Origin: an uncultured Acidobacteriota bacterium
GTDB taxonomy: Bacteria > Acidobacteriota > Thermoanaerobaculia > Multivoradales > JAHEKO01
Assembly (NCBI GenBank): GCA_963713825.1
Contig: CAVQNG010000005.1
Coordinates: forward strand, 320,001-384,000
Reading direction: 5' to 3'
Length of the DNA stretch: 64,000 nucleotides
The notes below the pieces were generated by a model. It did not search any database, was not told the origin of the DNA, and saw nothing but the letters and a program-made list of their open reading frames with translations. Below, one piece after another: positions 29,306 to 39,252 of the stretch. Numbering within the stretch: the first letter of the stretch is position 1; each line of letters opens with the position of its first letter. The translations under genes and the position numbers were made by a program.

Positions 29306-29665
29306 ATGAGCCAGGTCCTAGTACACAAGTGTCCTGCCTGCCGGGTGAAAACGGAGTCCGTACGGATTCCGCCGCGGGGTTTCATCCAGACCTTCGTCCT
29401 GCTGCGTTTCGGCTTCTTTCCTTATCGATGCTTGGCTTGCGGCGCTCGCTATGTCCGCCTGCGGCGCTCGACCCTCGACCTGGATTTGGAAGGACCGGAG
29501 GCTCCTCTCAAGCCGACACCTCTGGTCGCGAAGCAGTTCCTTTCGACGCGTGATCATCAGCAGTTCCAGGACTTGGTCGGAGAGATCAAGAAGGCGGAGA
29601 AATGGGCCGGTTTGGAGCCCACAGAAGGTGAGGACCAGGAAGACGGCAAGGACGCGAAAGAGTGA
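29306..29665 (+). CDS. Hypothetical zinc-ribbon protein
   Basis: CPAC...YRCLACG; in operon position. Confidence 0.6.
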   Translation: MSQVLVHKCPACRVKTESVRIPPRGFIQTFVLLRFGFFPYRCLACGARYVRLRRSTLDLDLEGPEAPLKPTPLVAKQFLSTRDHQQFQDLVGEIKKAEKWAGLEPTEGEDQEDGKDAKE

Positions 29666-30339
29666 GATCTCCGGCCGTTCGTTGGGCCGCTGCCTCTCTT
29701 GTAGTGTTGACTTGGCTAGGGGCTGCTACTACAGGCGCAGCGGTGGAGCGTGGAACACTCGCGATTCAATCGAAACCCAACGTCGAGGTGCGTTGGGAAG
29801 GTGTCCTCTTGGGTACCACCGATCTGTCCGGCCAGATGTCGATCGGCAACATTCCCCCGGGAACCTACACCCTCACCTTCACTTCCCCGGGCTTCACCAC
29901 CCGAGTCGATTCTGTCGAAGTTTCCCCAGGACTCCAGGAATTGGATGCTTCCCTGAGTGCGACAACAGAGCAGACCCTGGATCCGGTGCCTGCCCCCGAG
30001 GTTCCAGAGTCCGATGTAGGGGAGGGGCTTGTCCCCTCCCTCGGCGTGGAGTCATCCACCCTCATCCTCCTCGTAGTGGTGGCCATTCTCGTTCTCACCG
30101 CCTTCCTGCTTGCCGACCGTCACTCGCGCCGTCGACAAACCGCTGCCAAGCCTCAGGGTCCTCGGATCGTCGTCCAGGGGACCTCCACACCGCCAAGGAA
30201 GCTGCCGACGTTCTACGATGACCTCAAGACCCGGGAGACCGACCTCGAGAAGCTCCGTGATGTCGGCTCTGGCCGATCCCAACGGCAGGTTATCGACGTA
30301 GAGGTCGCAGATCACGGTCCAGTGGAGGACGACCGGTGA
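29662..30339 (+). CDS. PEGA/carboxypeptidase-regulatory-like domain membrane protein
   Basis: Signal peptide, GTLAIQS..LGTT..IPPGTYTLTFTSPGF, one TM; GTGA overlap. Confidence 0.7.
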   Translation: MRSPAVRWAAASLVVLTWLGAATTGAAVERGTLAIQSKPNVEVRWEGVLLGTTDLSGQMSIGNIPPGTYTLTFTSPGFTTRVDSVEVSPGLQELDASLSATTEQTLDPVPAPEVPESDVGEGLVPSLGVESSTLILLVVVAILVLTAFLLADRHSRRRQTAAKPQGPRIVVQGTSTPPRKLPTFYDDLKTRETDLEKLRDVGSGRSQRQVIDVEVADHGPVEDDR

Positions 30340-31334
30340 GCACTGGTTCGGCCCTACTCCTGGTCGCGGTCATCGTCAGCGCAGAGAATGGAGCGGCCCG
30401 AATCGACCAGGGCTCTTCCCATGGGCTCGAGCCAGGCGACCAGGGCCAGGTCTTTTATGCTCTGATCGTAGACGGCCGAGCCCAGAGGATCGATGCAGGC
30501 TCGGCCAGAGTGCTCGATACCAACGAAAGTACTGCCTCTGTCCAGGCAGCACCCGGGACCGAGCTCCGCCCCGGCTACGAGATTGAATTCAAGCTGCCCA
30601 CGTCTCGTACAAAGGCCCCACCGGCTGATCTAGGGGAGGGGCCTGCCCCCTCCCTCGACCCTGATGCGGATATCGCCCCTGCTCCCTCACCCGTTGATTT
30701 GCCCCCACCCTTGCCTATTGTCACGGCCGAAACCGCGCCTACCATTGAAGCGGCCGGACCTGTGCCGGCCGGGGTGCGTTCGCCCGAGCCCGATGCGATT
30801 TCGGCTCCCGCTCCCTCGCCCCCAACACGTACCACGGTCCTGATCCCCGCTGGCAGCTACTCGATCGGTCGCGATCTCCTGACCGCCGAATTTCACAACC
30901 AGACTCCGAGGTTCGAATTCGAAACAAGAGCAATCACGATCGATCGGCGACCGGTCACGGTCGAGCAGTACCTGGCTGCCGAAAACTCTCCTATTGGCGA
31001 ACAGATCCCGACCGATCCAGTCCGGGCAGTCACGTGGCTCGAAGCCGAGTCTTACTGTCACTCCGTAGGAGGGCGGCTTCCCTCCGAGCTCGAGTGGGAG
31101 ATCGCTGTTCAGCTGCCCGACGTCGAAAGCCCATCGGGTTTGCTGGAGTGGACAGAGTCCTGGTATTCGCCCTATCCGGGCAACGTTCGCCAAGAAGAGC
31201 AGTACGGCACGACCTACCGCGTTCTGCGTGGCGGCCCATCGGGAGCCACCTTCGACCCTCATGCGCGACGCTTCATGGCTCCTGATCAACGCAACTCTAG
31301 TGTCGGCTTCCGCTGCGCTAGCGCTGATGGGTAG
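30336..31334 (+). CDS. FGE-sulfatase (SUMF1/EgtB/PvdO) domain protein with a Pro-rich linker
   Basis: VTWLEAESYC..GGRLPSELEWE, EWT, VLRGG and GFRCA motifs. Confidence 0.8.
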   Translation: MSTGSALLLVAVIVSAENGAARIDQGSSHGLEPGDQGQVFYALIVDGRAQRIDAGSARVLDTNESTASVQAAPGTELRPGYEIEFKLPTSRTKAPPADLGEGPAPSLDPDADIAPAPSPVDLPPPLPIVTAETAPTIEAAGPVPAGVRSPEPDAISAPAPSPPTRTTVLIPAGSYSIGRDLLTAEFHNQTPRFEFETRAITIDRRPVTVEQYLAAENSPIGEQIPTDPVRAVTWLEAESYCHSVGGRLPSELEWEIAVQLPDVESPSGLLEWTESWYSPYPGNVRQEEQYGTTYRVLRGGPSGATFDPHARRFMAPDQRNSSVGFRCASADG

Positions 31335-31353
31335 ATGTAGGCTACCGATAGCC

Positions 31354-32115
31354 ATGCGCTTCGTCGATCTGCACTGTCACCTCCTCCCAGGTCTGGACGA
31401 TGGAGCCGCTTCGCTTCAGGACAGCGTGGACATACTCCGGTTTGCCTATCAGCGGCGGACCCGGGGGGTCGTGGCCACACCGCATTCCTTTCAGCCAATG
31501 TTCACGACGCCCGGCCCGGTCGAGCTGCATGACGCCTTTGCTCGGCTGATGAATGACCTGCGCCAGCTCTCCCAGGAGGCCGAGACGTCGTTTCTGACGG
31601 AGATGGCAATCTACCTCGGCTCGGAGAATCTGGTTTCCCCCGAGTTCCTGGAAGCTCTCGCGAACCGAGAGGTCCTGCCCGTCAATGGGAGCCGCTACCT
31701 GATGGTGGAGTTCCCTCCTTTTCTCGCCTATTCTCTTGTCGAGTCGGCCATCGAGAAGATTCTGGCCGCGGAGCTGGTACCTCTCCTGGCCCACGTCGAA
31801 CGCTATGGGTTCTTTCATCGGCGACCGGGGAGAGTGGGCAACCTGAGGCAGAAGGGCTGCGTGATCCAAGTGAATGCCGAAATTCTCGAAGAGGGCAGGC
31901 TGGGAGATGGCTCGAGACTCGCGCTGTCCCTGGCCAGGCGCGGGCATCTGGACGTCATCGCATCGGATGGTCACGACGTCGGGGCCCGTCCTCCCGACAT
32001 GCAGGGCGCCTTCGAACGGCTATCCAAGGGATTCTCCGAGGAGAGTCTCCACACCTGGATGTGGGAGAATCCGGTTCGGATCCTGGGCAATCGGGACCTG
32101 GTTTCGGCTGTTTGA
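31354..32115 (+). CDS. CpsB/CapC PHP-family tyrosine phosphatase (copy 2)
   Basis: DLHCHLLPGLDDG, ATPH, AHVERY and ASDGH motifs; start at ATG 31354. Confidence 0.9.
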   Translation: MRFVDLHCHLLPGLDDGAASLQDSVDILRFAYQRRTRGVVATPHSFQPMFTTPGPVELHDAFARLMNDLRQLSQEAETSFLTEMAIYLGSENLVSPEFLEALANREVLPVNGSRYLMVEFPPFLAYSLVESAIEKILAAELVPLLAHVERYGFFHRRPGRVGNLRQKGCVIQVNAEILEEGRLGDGSRLALSLARRGHLDVIASDGHDVGARPPDMQGAFERLSKGFSEESLHTWMWENPVRILGNRDLVSAV

Positions 32116-33462
32116 ATGCAGGCTTGGAAGGGGGGGAGGCTGAGCGGCATGAAACAGGTAGGACCCAAAAGTAGACTTGGGGAGTGGTGCAAGCGATGCC
32201 TGGGAGTCGTAGGAGCTCTCTTCCTCTGCCAACTCCTGTTCCAGCCAACCGCGTCGGCTCAGTTCACTCAGTACACGCCACCTGGCACCTTCAATGAGAG
32301 CCGGGAAAGCACTGATCTCGTTCTCCAGCGCAACATCGACGAGGCCCGTTGGAAGGCAGGCCGCGTTCTGCTGGATCCTTGGTTTGGCGTGAGAGATATC
32401 GGTTACGTCAGTAACGTTCAAGGCACGGGCGTCTCCGACTACACCGCCACCGCGGGAATCGGCATCCGAGGATGGCTGCCGCTCGGCTCGGAATTCACCC
32501 TCGCTGCCCACTTTCTTCCAGAGTATGTCTGGTGGAAGGACCTCACGAGCCGGAACCGATGGAACGGTCGCTACGGCGTCGGGCTCTTCGGCAATCTTGG
32601 ACGAACCGGCCTGGAGCTGTCGGCTACACGCGTTGATGATGCGACCTTCTTCAGCCGGGAGTTCGAGGACCGGGTCAACAACCGAGTCGACGAAGTCCTG
32701 GCCAAAGTCGAGGTCGATCTGGGACGTAGCTTCAGGCTGTTCACGAGTGGAACCGTACGGTCGATCAACTACCTGCCCGATGACGAGGATGATGTCATCG
32801 GGTTGAGCGCAGTCGATCGCGATGAGGGGATCTTCCGTCTTGGAGTCGGCTTCACCCTGCCGCGGGGCTTCGAGGTCGGTGTCGGGATCGAGGCCTCTGA
32901 TGTCAGCTTCGATCCAGGACCTAGTGATTTTTCCAACTCGGGCCTCTCACCGCTGATCCTGGCACGCTACGAGGGGTCGTCTCTCAGCTTCGACGCGGAT
33001 ATGGCATTTCGCTCGTTGGACCCGGAAGGCAGTGGCTCCCGATTCGTCGAGTACGATGGCACTACGGGTCACCTTCAGCTGGGGTGGCGAACCATGGGTC
33101 GTTTGCAGCTCCAGCTGTTCGGCGGTAGGGACCTCGTGTATTCCTTCTCAGACCTCTGGGCCTATTTCGAGGACTCTTCGATCGGCGTCGGCTTGCGGGG
33201 AGGATTGAGCTCCTGGGCCAACGCTCGTGTCTTCGTGGAAACCGGCGACAACGAGTACACACCCATCGAATCGAGTGGCCCTTACCGCGCCGATGACTAC
33301 TCGGCCTGGGGCGGAGACATCGATTTGAAGTTCGACCGGGTGAGGGTCTACTTGCAGGTCAGCCGAACCAGCTATGACTCGAACTTCCCCGGAGGGGACC
33401 GAGACTTGACCATTTGGAGCTCCTCGATCGGACTTGGCTTCGGCAGTGGCCTGTCGTGGTGA
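32116..33462 (+). CDS. Outer-membrane beta-barrel protein of the polysaccharide export system
   Basis: Signal peptide (ASA-Q), alternating beta strands, C-terminal Trp; directly upstream of wza; start uncertain (32116 or 32148). Confidence 0.72.
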   Translation: MQAWKGGRLSGMKQVGPKSRLGEWCKRCLGVVGALFLCQLLFQPTASAQFTQYTPPGTFNESRESTDLVLQRNIDEARWKAGRVLLDPWFGVRDIGYVSNVQGTGVSDYTATAGIGIRGWLPLGSEFTLAAHFLPEYVWWKDLTSRNRWNGRYGVGLFGNLGRTGLELSATRVDDATFFSREFEDRVNNRVDEVLAKVEVDLGRSFRLFTSGTVRSINYLPDDEDDVIGLSAVDRDEGIFRLGVGFTLPRGFEVGVGIEASDVSFDPGPSDFSNSGLSPLILARYEGSSLSFDADMAFRSLDPEGSGSRFVEYDGTTGHLQLGWRTMGRLQLQLFGGRDLVYSFSDLWAYFEDSSIGVGLRGGLSSWANARVFVETGDNEYTPIESSGPYRADDYSAWGGDIDLKFDRVRVYLQVSRTSYDSNFPGGDRDLTIWSSSIGLGFGSGLSW

Positions 33463-33511
33463 TCGACTTCGCAAGATTCCCGAGCATCAGTTGGGTAGAC
33501 TTCCCTTGATC

Positions 33512-34387
33512 ATGAAGATTCGAAAGCTCGATATCTCTTGTTGGACGCTCCTGCTGGGGGCGGTCTTGGTATTGACGGCTGTGAGCTCCATTGCTCAAAC
33601 GGGCGCGACGCCGGCCGCGGATTCGAGCGTCATTATTGGCCCCGGGGATCTACTCGAAGTATCTGTGCTCGGCATCGAGGAGTTGAGCCGACGTGTGCAG
33701 GTCCTTGGTGATGGTTCCATCACCTTGCCCCCGCTCGGAAACTTCGTCGTTGCCGGCCAAACAGTTCAGCAGCTGGAGGCTACTGTGGCCAAGATGTTGG
33801 CCGACAATCGCCTGGTCAACGATCCTCAGGTCTCCATTTTCGTGGCCGAGTCGGTCGGCGGTGGAGTGTCGGTCCAAGGGGCGGTGCTCAAACCCGGCAG
33901 GTACAACCTCGTAGGCAGCAATACCCTGATCGAGGTCGTCGGTCAGGCCGGTGGTCTGGCCCACGACGCGGGCGGCCGCATCCTGGTTATGCGTGGGAGT
34001 CCCGAAATGGGCCAAGAGACCCTCGAGATCGATGTAGAGAGGCTCATGGAGGCAGGCGATGTGACGGCCAACATCAGCCTGCGCCCTGGCGACATTGTGG
34101 TAGTGCCGCGAGGTCGCAAGCTGCGGGTTTACGTCACCGGTGCTGTGAAGAGGCCTGGTGCAGTCGAGTACTCGAGTACGGAAGGGATCACGGTGCTCCA
34201 GGCAATCACCGCTGCCGGTGGCCCCACCGAACGCGCCAACCTCAAGAAAGTCACTATCAACCGCCGCCTCTCCGATGGCACGGAAGACCGCCTCCAGGTC
34301 AACGTCAAGAAGATCCAGAACGGCAAGGAGCCGGACCTACTGCTGGACCGCAACGACACGGTAGTGGTGGGGGAGTGGTTGCTTTGA
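33512..34387 (+). CDS. wza: Polysaccharide export protein (Wza/OPX, Poly_export plus SLBB domains)
   Basis: IGPGDLLEVSV, DGSITLP, VQGAVLKPG and VTGAVKRPG motifs. Confidence 0.9.
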   Translation: MKIRKLDISCWTLLLGAVLVLTAVSSIAQTGATPAADSSVIIGPGDLLEVSVLGIEELSRRVQVLGDGSITLPPLGNFVVAGQTVQQLEATVAKMLADNRLVNDPQVSIFVAESVGGGVSVQGAVLKPGRYNLVGSNTLIEVVGQAGGLAHDAGGRILVMRGSPEMGQETLEIDVERLMEAGDVTANISLRPGDIVVVPRGRKLRVYVTGAVKRPGAVEYSSTEGITVLQAITAAGGPTERANLKKVTINRRLSDGTEDRLQVNVKKIQNGKEPDLLLDRNDTVVVGEWLL

Positions 34388-34552
34388 TGAAGGAGAGCAG
34401 TCTATTGGTGCCGTTCTCGATCCACTGTGTGGTGGGAGCGTCAGAAGATCTGCAAATTCCTCGAAGTCGTGAGTCTCCGGATTGGCTGCACATCTGGTCC
34501 CTGAGCTTGGCGCTAAAGCGCAGCAAATTGCATTCCTAGCTCAGGATAGGCA

Positions 34553-35896
34553 TTGTCCTGGATTCCCCATCTGCTTCGAACGGGCCCCAGCCAGGGCACC
34601 GTAGTCCGTGAAGTCACAACAGCATCGTTGACGCTGCTGTCAGTCCGAAGTCTAGGTCTGGCTCTGGGCTTAGTAGCCAACATCCTACTGGCGCGTTTGT
34701 TGGGCGTAGAGGAATACGGAGTTTGGGCTGTCATCATGGCAACCATTGCCTTACTCGTGATTCCTGCTTCGGTTGGACTTCCCACTCTCCTTGTAAGAGA
34801 GGTGGCGATGGCTCGTGCCAGGGATGACTGGTCAACTCTGCTGGGTGTCTACAAGTGGTCTTTGCGAGTGGCACTGGCCACCTCGCTAGCCATCGGATTA
34901 GTGTGGGGAGGTATCGCTCTTCTACTACCAATCCGTCAGGTTCTGTCTCCGCTTCTCATTGCTGCTGTGGCGTTGATGATTCCGCTTCGCTCCTTGGCGG
35001 TCGTGCAATCAGGATATCTCCGTGGGCTCAACCATGTATCCTTGTCCGCTCTACCCGAATTCACAGGGGACCGCCTTGTTTTAGTGGGCTTTCTTACCTT
35101 TGTCTACCTGTATTTGCCGGACCGGTTTTCATTGTCTACGGCGATCTGGATTCAGGTTGGAGCGGCTGCACTAACCCTGTCCTTGTTGATCGGCCTTGGG
35201 TATCGCCTAGTGCCGGCCTTATCTAGAATTGCTAAGAGCGCGAGTCAGCGATCCTCCTGGAGAAAGTCGGCATTGACATTGGCCGCGACGCAGGGTCTCT
35301 TCGAACTTCAGGCTCAGATAGACAAACTGATGATTGGCGGATTGTCCAGTCCTGGTCAGGTGGGTCTATATTCGAGTGCGCAGCGATGGGCAAGCCTCTT
35401 GGGTTTCTTGATGGTCACAGTTAATCTGGTGCTGGGACCGGTGTTCGCTGACCTACTGGCTAGAGAAGATCGGAAGGGTGCCGAACAGTTGGCGCGGAAA
35501 GCGGTACTGATTGTCTTCGCTCTTGGGTTCGTGGGGGCGATATTTTTCTGGTTGTGGGGTGAGAATTTGTTGGGTCTCTTCGGAGCGGATTTCATCGTTG
35601 GAGATAGCGCGCTCAGGTTGCTTTTGGTGGGTCAGTTGGTGAATCTAGGCGCTGGAGCCGTCGGCACAATTTTGGTCATGGCCAAAAGGGAGACTATCGT
35701 CACTGCCGCAGTGGGCATCTCTACTATCGTCAACATGCTGTTGAACCTAGCACTCGTTCGACGGTTTGGAGCGAATGGTGCCGCAATGGCCACTTCTATC
35801 AGCACGATTTCTTGGAACCTGATTCTCTTGTGGGCGGTTCGTCGGTTTCTCGGGATCAATCCCTCCATCTTTGGAGGTGCTCTATGCCGGGCGTGA
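34553..35896 (+). CDS. wzx: Oligosaccharide flippase
   Basis: About 12 TM segments; LARLLGVEEYG, IDKLMIG..VGLYS and GANGAAMAT motifs. Confidence 0.88.
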   Translation: MSWIPHLLRTGPSQGTVVREVTTASLTLLSVRSLGLALGLVANILLARLLGVEEYGVWAVIMATIALLVIPASVGLPTLLVREVAMARARDDWSTLLGVYKWSLRVALATSLAIGLVWGGIALLLPIRQVLSPLLIAAVALMIPLRSLAVVQSGYLRGLNHVSLSALPEFTGDRLVLVGFLTFVYLYLPDRFSLSTAIWIQVGAAALTLSLLIGLGYRLVPALSRIAKSASQRSSWRKSALTLAATQGLFELQAQIDKLMIGGLSSPGQVGLYSSAQRWASLLGFLMVTVNLVLGPVFADLLAREDRKGAEQLARKAVLIVFALGFVGAIFFWLWGENLLGLFGADFIVGDSALRLLLVGQLVNLGAGAVGTILVMAKRETIVTAAVGISTIVNMLLNLALVRRFGANGAAMATSISTISWNLILLWAVRRFLGINPSIFGGALCRA

Positions 35897-36827
35897 ACTC
35901 TCTGTCCGATTTGAATCTCTTTCTTGTCGGCGCGCCGAAATGTGGTACTACCGCTATGTTCGATTTCCTCGGGGACAACATCCCGAGATTTTCTTTCCTC
36001 AGGTGAAGGAACTCCACTTTTTCGGTTTGGATCTGGAGATAGGTCCACCTGCCGCAAATTTCTCGACTAAGCCTCGGTCAGAAGAAGAGATTGCTCGGTA
36101 CTTGAGCTTCTTCGAAAGCGCGGCAAATGAGCCTGTACGGGGCGAGGGTTCGGTTTTCTATCTCTTTTCTCGCACGGCGGCTTCTGAAATCGCAAGTGCC
36201 TGTCCTAGCGCCCGGATCTTGATAATGCTCCGAAATCCAATAGACGTTGTGTGCTCTCTTCACAGCCAGTATTTGTTCGACGGGAACGAGTCTGACAAGC
36301 GCCTGGACGAGGCCCGGGGCCTGGCCGCAGACCGCTTGAAGGGTGGGAGCATTCCGCCAGGTTCTCATTTTCCTGCTGGCCTTCAATACCTAGATGTGGT
36401 CGACTTCCATACTAGAGTGGAGCGCTACATAGAGGAGTTCGGGAGAGAGAGAGTGTATGTGATACTCCTTGAGGAGTTCTCTGCAGACAATCGAACCGAA
36501 TACGAGCGAGTTCTCAGGTTCTTGGAAGTTGGAACCACGGAGATGCCCTCTTTTCGCAAGGTCAATCGGAACAAGTACGCTCGAAGTAGGATACTGAGAG
36601 ATGTCCTAAAACGTCCTCCGGCCTCATTCAAGGTGGCGGGAAGGCTACTCCCGAGAAGACTCCGCACCGAGATTAGGAAGAACCTGCTCTCTTTGAATCG
36701 AGTCGAGTCAGAACGGCTGCCTGTTGGCGGCCAGCTGCGGGAGCGTTTGATTTCCGAACTTGAACCTGGACTTGATGCTCTGGGTGAACTGCTCGAGGTG
36801 GATGTCAGATCTGTATGGGCCATCTAA
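35893..36827 (+). CDS. PAPS-dependent sulfotransferase, split by a frameshift at GGGG 35971-35974
   Basis: 5'-PSB motif VGAPKCGTT in one frame joins QHPEIF..KELHFF and the 3'-PB motif LRNPID..SLHS in another frame. Confidence 0.85.
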
Positions 36828-37774
36828 GTCTCATCTCAGACTGCCCATTGTGTTCCGCGCAGGACAGCGAGGTGGTTGAGGAGATTTCCGTCAGCCAGAT
36901 TGCCTTGCTGTACGGCCGCTTGATTCCTGGGTATCACCTGGAAGGGACATTCAGCTCAGAGAAAATCACTCTAGCTACATGCAATCAGTGTGGCCTTGGC
37001 TACTTCACTCCGGCCCCGGAGCCCCCGACCCACCTTTACGAGGAACTCTCAAAACTCCCGTGGTACTACCGGGGTGAAAAGCCTGAGTTTGACTTCGCCC
37101 GGAGGTTTGTAAAGCCTGGCAACACAGTACTAGATGTTGGTTGTGGGGGCGCTGCGTTTGCCCAGTACCTGGCGGGGGGAAAGTACGTAGGAATAGATGA
37201 GAATCCTGACGCCGTTCGTCGCGCACGGGAGAGAGGTGCAGAAGTAGAGCAATCATCGTTGGAGGAGTTCTCAGGCCTTGGGTATTCCAACTTCGACGTA
37301 GTTTGTGCATTCCAGGTGCTGGAGCACGTGCTCTCGCCAAGCAAGTTCCTCGATCAGCTAGTTGGATGGACCAAGGTTGGAGGTGTCATCGTCATATCCG
37401 TCCCTGCTGCAGACTCGTTCGTGTCGCTGGAAGTCAATGAGCCTCTTAACCTCCCACCTCACCATCTGACATGGTGGTTTGATCGAGCCCTGAACTATGT
37501 TGCCGAGATCGAAGGTCTGGATCTGATTTGGCTTCATCATGAGAGCTTGTCTGAACAGTTTCGGGCCCGGTACTCGAGGTGCCTGGTGAACGAAGTGCTG
37601 ACGAGGGCCCACTTGAGAGAGCGTAGGATTGTTGACTCCTCTCAGCTGGGCGCTGTCGCCTTGCGCTTGTCTTCCCTGCTGGGGAGACTCGTGGAAATCG
37701 GACTGAAGAATCCCAGGTTGTCTCCTCGGGGACATTCAGTGACGGCTGTGTTTCAGAAGCCTCTACTGCCATGA
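36815..37774 (+). CDS. Class I SAM-dependent methyltransferase with a Zn-binding N-terminus
   Basis: CPLC...CNQC, VLDVGCGG, FQVLEHV and PPHHL motifs. Confidence 0.88.
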   Translation: MGHLSLISDCPLCSAQDSEVVEEISVSQIALLYGRLIPGYHLEGTFSSEKITLATCNQCGLGYFTPAPEPPTHLYEELSKLPWYYRGEKPEFDFARRFVKPGNTVLDVGCGGAAFAQYLAGGKYVGIDENPDAVRRARERGAEVEQSSLEEFSGLGYSNFDVVCAFQVLEHVLSPSKFLDQLVGWTKVGGVIVISVPAADSFVSLEVNEPLNLPPHHLTWWFDRALNYVAEIEGLDLIWLHHESLSEQFRARYSRCLVNEVLTRAHLRERRIVDSSQLGAVALRLSSLLGRLVEIGLKNPRLSPRGHSVTAVFQKPLLP

Positions 37775-39028
37775 GGGTCGCGCTGGTCAGCTCATTCGAT
37801 CGGCGGGGCGGGGCGGGGATAGCTGCCCACAGATTGCATTTGGGATTAAGGGCGTCCGGAATCGAGAGTCAGATGATCGTTCAGTTTCGCGATTCGGATG
37901 ACCCTTCCGTCGTTGGTCCTGTGAACAAACTGGAGAGGATGTACCAGAACGTCGGCGAAGCTGTGGATCGAGTGCCACTTGCATTGTATCGACAGAAGTC
38001 CCGGAGTCTTTCTGTCTGCAATGGCTCCCAGGCAGTGGGCGTAAGCGGATCGAGCGGAGCAAGCCTGAGATCGTCAATCTGCACTCGTTTGGAGGCGGAT
38101 TCTTGAGTTTGGGAAGCGTGGCTCGGGTTGGGGTTCCGATCGTATGGACCATGCACGACAAGTGGTGCCTTTCCGGAGGTTGCCACTTCTCCGGCACGTG
38201 TAGGGCTTATTCTGAATGTTGTGGGCGCTGTCCAATCCTCGGGAGTAGATTCTCTTGGGATCTCTCACGATGGGTTTGGAAGAGAAAGAAGCACCTCTAT
38301 TCAAGAAAACTCATCTGCTTTGTGACCCCGAGCCAGTGGTTGGGCTCAAGAGGCTCGACAGAGTTCTCTATTGGGAGGTGCCCGAGTTGAGGTTATTCCG
38401 AACGGGATCGACCTCGATCGGTTCTGTCCGGTCGAGAAACGCGCTGCCCGTGAGGTACTTGGATTGGACCCGGATTCGCCCGTAGTCCTTTTCGGTGCGG
38501 AATCTGCGGCGGTCGACGATCGCAAAGGGCACCAGTTCCTGTCGCCGACACTTGCTTCGCTGGGAGCTCTGAACCTACCGAGGCCGGTGAAGTTGCTTGT
38601 TTTCGATGCCGGTTTCGATTCGAAGGCAATGTAGAACAACCTTATGAAGTGAAATTTCTGGCCGCCTCGAAGACGATCTAGCCTTGAAGATCGCCTACTC
38701 TGCCGCAGATGTGTTTCTTTGCCCCTCGACGGAGGACAATCTGCCAAACACCGTTGTCGAGGCGATGGCCTGCGGGACCCCAACAGTTGCATTCTCTGTC
38801 GGTGGACTTCCAGAGCTTATCGATCAGGGGAGAACAGGCTATTTGGCGGAACCTTTTGATGTGCAAGATTTGGCAAAGGGTATATTGGATGTTCTTCTCA
38901 ATCCTGAGTTTGCACGCGAGGCGCGAGCAAAGGCGGTTCGTGAGTTCGATGCCAGCCTCCAGGCCAGCCGATACGATGCTCTCTTTCAGGAGTTAATTGC
39001 CAGTAGTAGTCGATCGAGCAGTGGCTGA
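37771..39028 (+). pseudogene. GT4 glycosyltransferase (WcaC-like) broken by about four frameshifts (pseudogene or assembly error)
   Basis: Consecutive fragments GGAGIAAHRLH / VWTMHDKWCLSGGCH / IPNGID..RKG / EDNLPNTVVEAMACGTP in shifting frames. Confidence 0.85.
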
Positions 39029-39252
39029 GCGAAGATCCCAGAAATCGATCTTCGACTCTCCTCTCGGTGAGTTATGGGATCTGGCTCCCAGTACAGAGGA
39101 CATTCGGTCACCCCGGTGGAGAACGCGCGCTCTAGTCTCGTACATTGATCAATGGCGGAGACCAGAGAAGGGACTTGTCCGACGGTGCGAGAGTCCGCTA
39201 CTTGACTTATCCAAGGTCGGTACGGCGCACCCAGTATGGAGCCGAATCTGAA

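Noticed and set aside
29293-29320. 14-bp tandem near-repeat TGAGCCAGGTCC(A/T)A at a gene junction
   Set aside because: Only two copies with no spacers; a small local duplication, not a CRISPR array or insertion site.
30336-31334. Active formylglycine-generating enzyme maturing the sulfatase at 9533
   Set aside because: It lacks the catalytic Cys pair, and that sulfatase has Thr at the modifiable position.
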